Shown here: piece by piece, positions 17,419 to 28,308 of the stretch
Layout: the number at the start of each line of letters is the position of its first letter
How positions within the stretch are numbered: position 1 is the first letter of the stretch
Assembly: GCA_963728945.1 (NCBI GenBank)
Contig: CAVSMA010000002.1
Location: 738,723-802,722, forward strand
Length of the DNA stretch: 64,000 nucleotides
Direction: 5' to 3'
From: an uncultured Actinomycetota bacterium
GTDB taxonomy: Bacteria > Actinomycetota > Actinomycetes > Mycobacteriales > CADCTP01
Program-made: the position numbers and the translations under genes
The notes under the pieces: model-generated
Told to the model about the DNA's origin: nothing
What the model saw: only the letters and a program-made list of their open reading frames with translations
The model's database searches: none

Positions 17419-18951
17419 ATGCGGACGATTCTCGTCAACGGCGACGGGCTCGCACTCGACGACGTGGTGGACGTGGCCCGGCAGCGGGCCAGGGCCGAGC
17501 TCGGCCCGGACGTGCCCAGGCGGATGGCGGCCGCCCGCCGGGTCGTCACCGACGCGGTCGAGCGCGGCGCGGTCGTGTACGGGGTGAGCACCGGGTTCGG
17601 CGCGCTCGCCGACGTCTCGGTGGCCCGCGAGGACCTGGAGGCGATGCAGCTGGCGCTGGTCCGCTCGCACGCCGCCGGCACCGGCGAGCCGCTGCCCGCG
17701 GACGCGGTCCGGGCGCTGCTCCTGCTGCGGGCCCGCACGATCGCCGCCGGCGCGTCCGGCTGCCGCCCGGAGCTGCCGGAGCGGCTGCTCGAGCTGCTCG
17801 ACCGCGACCTGCTGCCGACCGTGCCGGCCAAGGGGTCGGTCGGCGCGTCCGGCGACCTGGCCCAGCTCGCCGCGGTCGCGCTGCCGCTGGTCGGCGAGGG
17901 CCTGCTGGACGGCCGGCCGGCCGCCGGGGTGCTCGCCGCCGAAGGACTCGCTCCGCTGGTGCTCGCCCCGAAGGAGGGGCTCACGCTCATCAACGGCACG
18001 GAGCCGATGCAGGCGCTGCTCGCGCTCGCGGTGGCCGACGCCGAGGGGCTGGCCCGGGCCGCCGACGTGGCGTGCGCGCTGTCGGTGGAGGCGCTGCTCG
18101 GCACCGACCGCGCGTACGACGACCGGGTGATCCGCATCCGGCCGCATCCAGGGCAGCTCGCCAGCGCCGACAACCTGCGCCGGCTGCTCGCGCACAGCCC
18201 GCTGCTGGCCAGCCACCGGCACTCCAACCACGCCGTCCAGGACCCGTATTCGCTGCGTTGTGCGCCACAGGTGCACGGCGCCTCCCGCGACGCCATCGCG
18301 TACTGCCGGCGGGTCGTGGAGATCGAGCTCGCGTCGGTCGTGGACAACCCCGTCGTCGTCGACGAGATCGACGGCGACGGGTACGAGGTGATGTCGACCG
18401 GCAACTTCCACGGTCAGCCGCTGGCGTTCGCCGGCGACATGCTGGCGATGGCGGCGGCGGAGCTGGGAAGCATCAGCGAGCGGCGGGTCTATCGGCTGCT
18501 CGACCCGGCGACCTCCCGCGGCCTGCCGCCGTTCCTCGCCCGCCGGGCCGGGACGAACTCCGGCTTCATGCTCGCCCAGTACACGGCCGCGTCGCTGGTG
18601 GCCGAGAACAAGGTGCTGGCCCATCCCGCCGGCGTGGACAGCATCCCGACCAGCGGCAACCAGGAAGACCACGTGTCGATGGGCTGGCACGCCGTCCGCA
18701 AAGCCGGTGAGGTGCTCGAGAATGTGTCGACCGTCCTCGCGGTCGAGCTGCTCTGCGCCGCCCAGGCCATCGACCTGCGGGCGGACACAGCGGTGCCGGG
18801 GCCGGCCGCGTCGGGCGTGCACGCGCTCATCCGCGCGCACGTGCCGGCGATGGACGTCGACCGGCAGGTCACCCCGCAGATCGAGGCCGTCCGCGCGATG
18901 CTGCCGGAGCTGGTCGCCGCGGCCGAGGAGGTCACCGGGCGGTTGGCCTGA
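17419..18951 (+). CDS. hutH: histidine ammonia-lyase
   Basis: The MIO-forming motif is GSVGASGDLAQLA. Also present are YGVSTGFGALA and QEDHVSMG. Confidence 0.95.
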   Translation: MRTILVNGDGLALDDVVDVARQRARAELGPDVPRRMAAARRVVTDAVERGAVVYGVSTGFGALADVSVAREDLEAMQLALVRSHAAGTGEPLPADAVRALLLLRARTIAAGASGCRPELPERLLELLDRDLLPTVPAKGSVGASGDLAQLAAVALPLVGEGLLDGRPAAGVLAAEGLAPLVLAPKEGLTLINGTEPMQALLALAVADAEGLARAADVACALSVEALLGTDRAYDDRVIRIRPHPGQLASADNLRRLLAHSPLLASHRHSNHAVQDPYSLRCAPQVHGASRDAIAYCRRVVEIELASVVDNPVVVDEIDGDGYEVMSTGNFHGQPLAFAGDMLAMAAAELGSISERRVYRLLDPATSRGLPPFLARRAGTNSGFMLAQYTAASLVAENKVLAHPAGVDSIPTSGNQEDHVSMGWHAVRKAGEVLENVSTVLAVELLCAAQAIDLRADTAVPGPAASGVHALIRAHVPAMDVDRQVTPQIEAVRAMLPELVAAAEEVTGRLA

Positions 18952-18975
18952 GCACGCCGGGAACCCGCGAAGCGA

Positions 18976-20499
18976 CTACCGGTAGCGGGACGCGGTGTCC
19001 CGGGCCGGGTGCGCCCGGCCGGCCGGGCCGGTCGCGAACGCCTCCAGCAGCCGCGTCGTCACCCCGGTCACCACCCGGCGTACGACCGGGGTCGGCGAGT
19101 CGAGCCCGGCGACCCAGTCGCTGGTGCCCGAGTCGAACACGGCCGCGCCGGACCGGGTGGTGTAGTACGCCGCCTCGGCCGCGTCCGCCCGCCCGTCGCA
19201 GACCAGCGGGGAGTGGGTGAGCACCTCGATCGGCCGCGGCGTGGGCGCACCAAGGTAGACCCGGTCATACTCGGAGCCGACCAGGCCGGGCAGCCGGCTG
19301 CCGGCGGACAGCCCGAGCCCGGCGAACAGCCAGCTGCCCGGGTCGACCACGACCATCGGCGCGCGGACCGGGCTGCAACCGTAGTCGGTGCCGGTCAGGC
19401 TGCTCTCGTTGTCGCTGGACGGCGGGTCCCGCCACTGGGTCGTCACCTGCGCCGGGTCGGTACGGCCGATCGGGTCGGTGTCGTCCTTGTAGTTGATCTC
19501 GAGCCGGTCCGGGCCGACCGCGGTGCCGCCGAACCGGATCTTCCGGTAGATCGCGTTCGCCCCGAGGAACGCGACGTTGGTGCCGGCGTCACGGGCGCGG
19601 GTGAGCGCCGCCCGCATGTCCGGCGACCAGTACTCGTCGTGTCCGAGCGAGATCACCGCACTCGCGCCGGCCAGCAGGCCGGGGTCACGCTGCAGGTCGA
19701 CGTCGGTGGCGTAGCCGAGCCGAAGCCCGAGCTTCTCGGCGAGCGCGACCGCCGGCAGCTCGGCGCCGAGGAAGTCGGCCGTCCCGGCGCCGTAGTCGTA
19801 CGGCCGGTCGAACGTGACCGCGCGGGCCCGGTCGGCGCGGGCGCCGTCCGGTCCGTGGTAGAGGCTGTAGCCGCCCCAGGCGTTGTACGCCTGCCAGGTC
19901 GTGTCGGCGTTGACCAGCACCACCGCGCCCCGGTTGGTCGCCGTCCGGACGGTGAGCGGGACGAACCGGCGCAGCGCTCCGCGGTCGGTGTCCAGCCGGA
20001 GCAGGTAGTCGCCGGCCGGCCAGCCGGTGGTCGGCACGGTCAGCGTCGGCCGCCACGGCGCGCTCGGCGTGTGCGTCGGGCCGGTGACCCGGGCCGCCGC
20101 CTGCAGCCGGGTCGGCACCGGCGCCGACTGCCAGACCAGCCGCGCCCTCCTCCCGCCGTACCAGCCCATCCGGTACGCGCGGACCCGGACGTGGTGGGCG
20201 GTCGTCGAGACGAACAGCCGCACCGGCTGGCCGGGCAGCACGCTGTCGTGATCGGCGTAGCCCTCGACGTCGTGCTGGCCGCCCACCTTGACCACCGACC
20301 AGTTCGGGTCGCCGGGCCTGGCCCGCTCCGTGGCGGCCGGGAACGCCGGTGCCGCGGTCGGTCGGGCCGCCGGGCGGGTGGTGGCGGATGCGGTCCGGGG
20401 CGGCGGAGTCGGGCGCCCGGACGTGCAGCCGGCCAGCGCCAGCGCGGCCAGCGCTCCGGCGAGCAGGGCGCCTCGTCCTGGACGGGACCGGACGGTCAT
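18976..20499 (-). CDS. lipoprotein of the N,N-dimethylformamidase beta-subunit-like (DUF6605) family
   Basis: The start is chosen at [25 protein letters not shown] (lipobox). [34 protein letters not shown] is typical of the family, from memory. Confidence 0.65.
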   Translation of the reverse strand: MTVRSRPGRGALLAGALAALALAGCTSGRPTPPPRTASATTRPAARPTAAPAFPAATERARPGDPNWSVVKVGGQHDVEGYADHDSVLPGQPVRLFVSTTAHHVRVRAYRMGWYGGRRARLVWQSAPVPTRLQAAARVTGPTHTPSAPWRPTLTVPTTGWPAGDYLLRLDTDRGALRRFVPLTVRTATNRGAVVLVNADTTWQAYNAWGGYSLYHGPDGARADRARAVTFDRPYDYGAGTADFLGAELPAVALAEKLGLRLGYATDVDLQRDPGLLAGASAVISLGHDEYWSPDMRAALTRARDAGTNVAFLGANAIYRKIRFGGTAVGPDRLEINYKDDTDPIGRTDPAQVTTQWRDPPSSDNESSLTGTDYGCSPVRAPMVVVDPGSWLFAGLGLSAGSRLPGLVGSEYDRVYLGAPTPRPIEVLTHSPLVCDGRADAAEAAYYTTRSGAAVFDSGTSDWVAGLDSPTPVVRRVVTGVTTRLLEAFATGPAGRAHPARDTASRYR

Positions 20500-20578
20500 C
20501 GGCACAGTGTGGCGGACCACCGAACGGTCCGGCCCGGCGCGGGCCGCAGCGCCGGCCGGGAGGGATACGGTCGGGCTC

Positions 20579-22269
<1,691 letters not shown>

Positions 22270-22270
<1 letters not shown>

Positions 22271-23467
22271 TGCCGCCGGTCGGGGACCTGCTGGTCCGGC
22301 GGGCCGGCCGGATCGTCACCAACGACGGCCCGCCGGTGCCCGGGCCGGCCGCGGTGTCGGTCCGCAACGGGGTGGTCGCCTGGATCGGCCCGGACGAGCG
22401 GGTGCCGTGGACGATCACCGACGCGCCCGAGCTGGACGCGGACGGCGCCTGCGTGCTGCCCGGGTTCGTCGACCCGCACACGCACGCGTTGTGGGCCGGC
22501 TCGCGGCGGGAGGAGTACGCCGCCCGGCTGGCCGGCGAGTCGTACACCGGCGGCGGCATCGCGTCGACCGTCGCCGCCACCACCGCAGCGCCCGACGACG
22601 AGCTCCTCGACCTGGCCGCGCTCCGGCTCGGGCGGATGGCCGCGAACGGCACGACGACCGTCGAGGTGAAGACCGGCTACGGGCTCGACCCGGCGGCGGA
22701 GCTGCGGCTGGTCGGGCTGGTACGCCGGCTCGCCGAGCGGGTGCCGCTCCGGGTCGAGCCGACCCTGCTGGCGCACGTGGTCCCGGCCGGGGTCGACCGC
22801 GGCCGCGCACGTCGCGGCGCTGGCCGGGCTCATGCCGGTGGCCGGCGACGCCGGCGCCCGATGGCTGGACGTGTTCTGCGACCGGGGCGCGTTCACGGTC
22901 GACGAGGCGCGGACGCTGCTGCGGGCCGGCGCCGCGGCCGGGCTCGGCGGCCGGCTGCACGCCGAGCAGCTCAGCCACACCGGCGCCGCCGCGCTGGCCG
23001 CCGAGGCCGGCTGCGCCTCCGCAGACCACCTGGAGCACGTCGACGAGGCCGGGGCGAAGGCGATGGCGGCGACCGGCGTGGTCGGCGTGCTGCTGCCGAC
23101 CGCGACACTGAGCACGCACGGGGGCTGGGACAACGCGCGGGTGCTGCGCGAGGCCGGGGTGACGCTCGCCCTCGGCACCGACTGCAACCCGGGCACGTCC
23201 TGGTGCGAGTCCGTCCCGTACGCGCTGCAGCTGGCGGCGCCGCTGCTCGGGCTGACCGTGCCGGAGGCGATCCGCGCCGCGACGGCCGGCGGGGGAGCGG
23301 CGCTGCGCCGGCCCGAGCTCGGCGTGCTGCGGTTGACCCACCCGGGCGACCTGCTGGTGCTGGAGGCGGAGCACGAGGCGGACCTGCTCGCCCACCTCGG
23401 CGCGCCCGCCGTCCGCACCACGATCGTCGGCGGAGTGCCGGTCTCCGGCGCCCGCACCATCCACTGA
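22270..23467 (+). pseudogene. hutI: imidazolonepropionase interrupted by an apparent +1 frameshift near 22798
   Basis: The N-terminal half (LPGFVDPHTHALWAGSR...LLAHVVPAGVD) is in the frame of 22270. The C-terminal half (AAAHVAALAGLMPVAGDAGARWLDVFCDRGAF...LHAEQL...ADHLEH...LGTDCNPGTS) is in the next frame and ends at 23467. Removing c at 22798 joins them seamlessly. Confidence 0.85.
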
Positions 23468-23702
23468 CGCACCGCCCGCCGCCGGCCGCACCACTCGCCC
23501 GCCCGCGACGGCTCGACCGTCCTCTGGGCTGGTTGCGGGCGTCCGCCCCACCGTCTTGGTCGCCCAGTGCCGCCGGCGGCTCGACCCTCCTGCCGGACCG
23601 CGGCGCCGGCCGTTGCCCCGGGCGCCGGCTCCGGCGGGCGACTCGGGTGCCGGGCGCCGGCCGGGCGACGGGTCGGGAGCGGGCGCCTTAGGCTGGGTGC
23701 TC

Positions 23703-24806
23703 ATGCGGAGGCTGCCGGTGAGCGGAGTCGGCGACCGGGTGCGGCTGGCCGGGTTCTTCGCCCGGCTGGCGGTCAAGGAGCACCTGGCGCCACGGCTGCA
23801 CGTGCGACCCCTGGTGGCCGAGCTGTTCCTCACCGACAACTGCAACCTCAACTGCATCAGCTGCGCCTGCTGGCGCACCGTCACCCGGCGCGAGCTGGAC
23901 GGCGACGAGTGGCGCGGGGTGATCGACCAGATCGCGGAGCTCGGCATCCTGAAGGCCAACTTCACCGGCGGCGAGCCGTTGCTGCGCCGCGACGCCCCGG
24001 AGCTCATGGCGTACGCGCGGGACGCGGGAATTCGGTCGCTGCACGTGAACACCAACGCGATCCTGCTCGACGACCGCCGACTCGGCGCCGTGCTCGACGC
24101 CGGCGTGCGCTCGTTCAACGTGTCCGTCGACGGTCCGGACGCCGAGCAGCACGACCGGATCCGCGGTAAGTCCGGGGCATTCGACACGACCCTCGACGCC
24201 CTGCAGCGGCTGCTCGCCGGCCGCGACGAGCTCGACATGCGGGTACGGATGAACTACACGGTCATGCGCTCGACCGTGGCCGCGCTGCCGGAGATCATGC
24301 GGCTGGCGCAGCGACTGCGGGTGCAGCTCTACCTGAACCTGGCCACCGACCACACGTTCCTGTTCCGGGACGGTCAGGTCTCGATCGAGGCGCGGGTCGA
24401 CCAGGCGCAGGTCGACGCGGCGCTGACCGAGGTCGAACAGGTGCTGCGGGCCGACCGCCGGTTCCTGCCGCGCTACTCGGAGCTGGCGTATCTGCGCGGC
24501 CACTTCGCGGACCTGCTGCAGAAGCCGCTGCCGTGCGCCGAGTCGCAGCTGAAGCTGATGGTGCATTCGACCGGCGAGGTCGGCGGCTGCTGGGGACACG
24601 ACGCGACGGCGAACGTGCGCACCACGCCGCTGCGGGAGATCGTCGCCGGTGCCGCGTACCGGGACGAGCACGCGCGGCTCTTCCGGAAGGACTGCGTGGG
24701 CTGCGGCAGCAACTACGCGCTCAACCTGGCCTGGCGACCGCGGACGTACGCGGCCGACGTGCTGTGGCGGGCGGGCCGGCGATCGCTGGCTCCGGTCGCA
24801 GCGTGA
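23703..24806 (+). CDS. radical SAM enzyme with SPASM/twitch-like C-terminal cysteines
   Basis: The Cx3Cx2C motif is in LTDNCNLNCISCAC. FTGGEPLL is present. The C-terminal cysteines are PLPCAESQ...GEVGGCWGH and KDCVGCGSNY. Confidence 0.85.
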   Translation: MRRLPVSGVGDRVRLAGFFARLAVKEHLAPRLHVRPLVAELFLTDNCNLNCISCACWRTVTRRELDGDEWRGVIDQIAELGILKANFTGGEPLLRRDAPELMAYARDAGIRSLHVNTNAILLDDRRLGAVLDAGVRSFNVSVDGPDAEQHDRIRGKSGAFDTTLDALQRLLAGRDELDMRVRMNYTVMRSTVAALPEIMRLAQRLRVQLYLNLATDHTFLFRDGQVSIEARVDQAQVDAALTEVEQVLRADRRFLPRYSELAYLRGHFADLLQKPLPCAESQLKLMVHSTGEVGGCWGHDATANVRTTPLREIVAGAAYRDEHARLFRKDCVGCGSNYALNLAWRPRTYAADVLWRAGRRSLAPVAA

Positions 24807-25576
24807 GACCGAGCGCGCCCCTGTACGACGCGCTGGCCGCGGACTACGACGCCCACTTCGCCGCCCCGCACCGGCGCGCGTACGACGAGCTGGCCTGGGA
24901 GGTCTGCGCGGAGGTGATCGGGGCGGCTCCAGCGCACGTCGTGGACGTCGGGTGCGGGGTCGGACGGTGGGCGGCGCGACTGGTCTCGGCCGGGCACCGG
25001 GTGACCGGGATCGAGCCGGCTCCGGCGATGGCGGCCGCGGCCCGGCGCCGGCTCGCCGGCAGCGACGTCACGCTGGTCGAGTGCCGCCTGGAGGACGCCG
25101 CGCTGCGGTCCGGGTCGGCCGACGTGGTGCTCGCGATGGGGTCGCTGCAGTACACGCTCGACCCGGCCGCGGCGCTCGCCCGGTGCGCGGCCTGGCTGCG
25201 GCCCGGGGGCGCGATGTGCGTTCTGGTCGACTCGCGCCAGGCCCTGGTGCTGGAACTGCTCGCCGCCGGCCGGACCGATGAGGCACTGGAGTGCCTGGCG
25301 ACCCGGCGCGGGGTGTGGCAGGTCGGACCGCACGCCGCCGACCTGCACCTGCTCGACGCGGCCGAGCTGGCCGCGGCGGTGCGTGCCGCCGGCCTGGCGG
25401 TGGAGCGGCTGGCCGGCCTGCTCGTCGGCGCCTCGGCGCACGGCCGGGCCGGCCTGCTCACCCGCCTCGAGCGCGACTACCCGGCCCAGCTCGCCGCCGA
25501 ACGCCGCCTCGCCGCCGAACCCGCGCTGGCCGACCTCGGCAAGCAACTCCTCATCACCGCCCGCAAGCCCGCCTGA
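24803..25576 (+). CDS. class I SAM-dependent methyltransferase
   Basis: The GTG start overlaps the radical SAM stop (GTGA at 24803-24806). VVDVGCGVGRWAARL and LRPGGAMCVLV are present. Confidence 0.8.
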   Translation: MRPSAPLYDALAADYDAHFAAPHRRAYDELAWEVCAEVIGAAPAHVVDVGCGVGRWAARLVSAGHRVTGIEPAPAMAAAARRRLAGSDVTLVECRLEDAALRSGSADVVLAMGSLQYTLDPAAALARCAAWLRPGGAMCVLVDSRQALVLELLAAGRTDEALECLATRRGVWQVGPHAADLHLLDAAELAAAVRAAGLAVERLAGLLVGASAHGRAGLLTRLERDYPAQLAAERRLAAEPALADLGKQLLITARKPA

Positions 25577-25677
25577 GCACCGCCCGCAAGCCAACCGAGC
25601 CGGGCCGGCCGCCCGACGCAGCAGTCAGCGCCGCGCGCCCAGCTGGGCCGGGATGGCCGCCCGGCGCTGCGCAGCGG

Positions 25678-27744
25678 TCAGCGCCGGGCGGCGGTCAGCG
25701 CCGCGAGGACTGCCATCGTGACGCGTTCGGCCTGGAGAGGTGACAGTTCCGAGGACATCGGCAGCGCGAGCGCCTCCCGGCCGAGCGCGTCGGAGACCGG
25801 CAGCGGCCCGGCCCGCTCCGCGTAGGGACCCCAGTCGTGCCAGTGCAGCGGGGGCGCGTAGTAGGGCTTGGTGCGGACGCCGAGCCGGTCGAGCTCGGCC
25901 GCCAGCCGATGCCGGTCGACCCCGCCGAATCGCGCCACCCAGTGGACGAACGCGTGCGCGTCGCCGTCGGCCACCTGCTGCGGCCGCACCCCCTCCACGG
26001 TCGCGAGCTCGGCGTAACGGGCGGCGACCGCCCGCCGCCGGTCGAGCAGCAGGTCGAGGTCCGCGAGCAGATCGAGCGCGGCCACCGCCGCGGTCTCGAC
26101 CATCGGCACCGACCGCAGCCAGTCGACCGGTGCCCGCAGCCGCTCGACCGCGTCGGCCGGCAGTGCCAGCGCGCCGCCGCTCCCGCCGGCGGAGACCACC
26201 TTCGCGAAGCTCAGCGAGTAGGCATGGGCGGCCGCCTGGGTGGCGACCGGGCGGCCCTGGTGCCGCGCCCCGACCGCGGCGGCGGAGTCGGCGACCAGCG
26301 GCACCCCGGCGTCCGCGCAGACCTTCGTCAGCGCCGTGTAGTCCGCCGGCGCGCCGAGTGCGTCGACCGCGACGACGACCGCCGCGTGGCCGCCGGCGAG
26401 CGCGGCCGCGAGCGAGTCGGGGTCCATCGTCCAGGTGTCCGGGCGCACGTCGCAGAACCGCAGCGTGTAGCCGAGCTGGGCCAGGATCTCGCCGGTGGCC
26501 GCGAAGGTGAACGAGGGCAGCACGCCGACGTCGCCCGGGCGGACCGGCCCCGCGACAGCCTGCACGGCCAGCCGCACCGCGGCCGAGCCGGACGCGGTCA
26601 GCAGCAGCGCCGAGTCTTCCGGCAGCGTCAGCTCGTCCCGCAGCCGGGTGGCCAGCTCGGTCGCCCAGCGCCCGCCCTTGACCCTGCCGGTGTCCAGGCA
26701 GGCCTGCATCCTGACGGCCACCAGGTCGGGCCGGCGCGGCCGCGGCGGCAGCACCACCGGCAGCGGCGGCGAGAACGCGGGCAACCGGTCGGCGGCGAGC
26801 CCGGTCACGAACGACCGCAGCGTCCGGTCGAGCCGAGCCGGCCCGTCAGCGGCACCGAGCCGCCGCCGGAACTCCTCCGTGTCGACCCGGCCGGACACGT
26901 CCAGCCGTGGCGGCGGGTCGACCGTCACCGGCACGTCGACGCCGAGCGTGTCCAGCACCAGCGCGGCGAGACAGGTCAGCGGCAGCGCGGCCAGCCCGGC
27001 GTCGAGCGTGCCCGGTTCGGCGTCGAGCACGACGGCGGCGAGGTCGTCGACCGGCAGGAAAGTCCGCACGGTGTCGGTGACGGCCAGCGGCAGCCCGGCC
27101 AGCGCCCGCCGGCTCAGCTGGGCGACCACGCGGTCCTGACCCGGACCGAACACGTTGGCCGCGCGCAGCACGGTCAGCCGGTCGGGCTCGACCACCGAGC
27201 GGACCAGCAGCTCCTGCGCCCGTTTGGACAGCGCGTAGGCCCAGCGGCCGCCCGGGTCGGCGGCTACCAGCTCCCGGCACAGCGCGGCCACCTGCCACGG
27301 CGGAGAGGGCCGGCGGGCGACCTCGAGCAGCGCCGCGCACCAGTCGGCGACGGTGGCGTCGTCGACCGGCAGCTCGCCGCCGGCCGGGCCGTGCACCTCG
27401 GCCGAGGAGACCAGCACAACCTGCCGGTCCGCCAGCGCTGGCAGCAGTCGTGCGGTCGTGACCGCGTTGTCGAGCACCAGCCGCCACGGATCGCCGGCGT
27501 GCCGGTCGCTGGCGCCGGCCGCGAGCACGACCGGCCCGGGTGGCATCTCGATCGGGTCGACCAGCAGGTCGACCACCCGCTGTTCGACCGACGCCGGCAG
27601 CCGCGACGGCGGCTGACGGATGCGGTCGAGACTGACCACCGGCCGTCCCGACCCGGTCACCCGCCGAGCGATCCCGGAGCCCACGAATCCGGCGCCGCCC
27701 ACGACAGTCACAGCCCCACGCTGCACCCGGCACCTCCCCGTCAT
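25678..27744 (-). CDS. fusion protein: N-terminal NAD-dependent epimerase/dehydratase (extended SDR) + C-terminal DegT/DnrJ/EryC1/StrS-type PLP aminotransferase
   Basis: SDR part: VTVVGGAGFVGSGIA, VSSAEVHG, and the YxxxK motif in YALSKRAQE. Aminotransferase part: LLTASGSAAVRLAV, VPLVADSAAAVGA, and the lysine motif SLSFAKVVSAGGSGGA. An alternative GTG start at 27726 is preceded by ggggagg. Confidence 0.8.
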   Translation of the reverse strand: MTGRCRVQRGAVTVVGGAGFVGSGIARRVTGSGRPVVSLDRIRQPPSRLPASVEQRVVDLLVDPIEMPPGPVVLAAGASDRHAGDPWRLVLDNAVTTARLLPALADRQVVLVSSAEVHGPAGGELPVDDATVADWCAALLEVARRPSPPWQVAALCRELVAADPGGRWAYALSKRAQELLVRSVVEPDRLTVLRAANVFGPGQDRVVAQLSRRALAGLPLAVTDTVRTFLPVDDLAAVVLDAEPGTLDAGLAALPLTCLAALVLDTLGVDVPVTVDPPPRLDVSGRVDTEEFRRRLGAADGPARLDRTLRSFVTGLAADRLPAFSPPLPVVLPPRPRRPDLVAVRMQACLDTGRVKGGRWATELATRLRDELTLPEDSALLLTASGSAAVRLAVQAVAGPVRPGDVGVLPSFTFAATGEILAQLGYTLRFCDVRPDTWTMDPDSLAAALAGGHAAVVVAVDALGAPADYTALTKVCADAGVPLVADSAAAVGARHQGRPVATQAAAHAYSLSFAKVVSAGGSGGALALPADAVERLRAPVDWLRSVPMVETAAVAALDLLADLDLLLDRRRAVAARYAELATVEGVRPQQVADGDAHAFVHWVARFGGVDRHRLAAELDRLGVRTKPYYAPPLHWHDWGPYAERAGPLPVSDALGREALALPMSSELSPLQAERVTMAVLAALTAARR

Positions 27745-27855
27745 CCCGGACCAACCGTCCCGAACCCGGGGGACAACCTATCCCCTTCCGGACCTGACGG
27801 GACATCCTTGCTACGTTCCTGCACGTCATGTCTGTGATCGACCTAGGGTGTCGGA

Positions 27856-28308
27856 GTGCCGCGCGTGCTGCTCGTCTCGTCCAGCGGCGGCGTACTACCC
27901 GACCTGCTTGCACTCCGACCGTGGTGGGGCCGGTACGACGTCAGCTGGGTCGCGGTGAACGCTCCGGACACACGCGAACTGCTGGCGGGCGAGCGGGTTC
28001 GCTGGACACCGGAGCTGAGCCCCGGCCGGCCGGACCGGCTGCTGGCCGCGGTCCCGGCCGCGCGGGCGGCCCTGCGCGCCTCCCGGGTCGATCTCGTTGT
28101 CTCCGCGGGCAGCGGCGTCGCCGTGCCCTGGTTCCTCGCGGCGCGTACCACGGGCGCGCGGGCGGTGTGGGTGGAGACGTTCAACATCGTCGACCGTGCG
28201 GGGCTGGCCGCCCGGCTGTGCGCCCGACTGGCCAGCCACGTCGTCGTGCAGCGGCCGCACCTGCTCGGCCGGCACCGGCGGGCGGTTGCCGTCGGGGAGC
28301 TGTGGTGA
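27856..28308 (+). CDS. Alg14-like glycosyltransferase accessory/membrane-association subunit (PssD/Cps14F-like)
   Basis: VLLVSSSGGVL, DLVVSAGSGVAVPWFLAAR and VWVETFNIVDRAGLAARL...VVVQRPHL match the Alg14 layout, from memory. Confidence 0.7.
   Translation: MPRVLLVSSSGGVLPDLLALRPWWGRYDVSWVAVNAPDTRELLAGERVRWTPELSPGRPDRLLAAVPAARAALRASRVDLVVSAGSGVAVPWFLAARTTGARAVWVETFNIVDRAGLAARLCARLASHVVVQRPHLLGRHRRAVAVGELW

Noticed and set aside
23468-23702. A RiPP precursor peptide for the radical SAM/SPASM-like enzyme. I also looked at 25577..25677.
   Set aside because: There is no small ORF with a plausible RBS, and no Cys/Ser/Thr-rich core on either strand. The neighbours are sugar-modifying enzymes, so a peptide substrate is less likely.
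25600-25700. The repeated motif ggtcagcgccg, present three times near the 3' end of the SDR-aminotransferase gene.
   Set aside because: The copies are short, imperfect and partly inside coding sequence. This is probably compositional coincidence.
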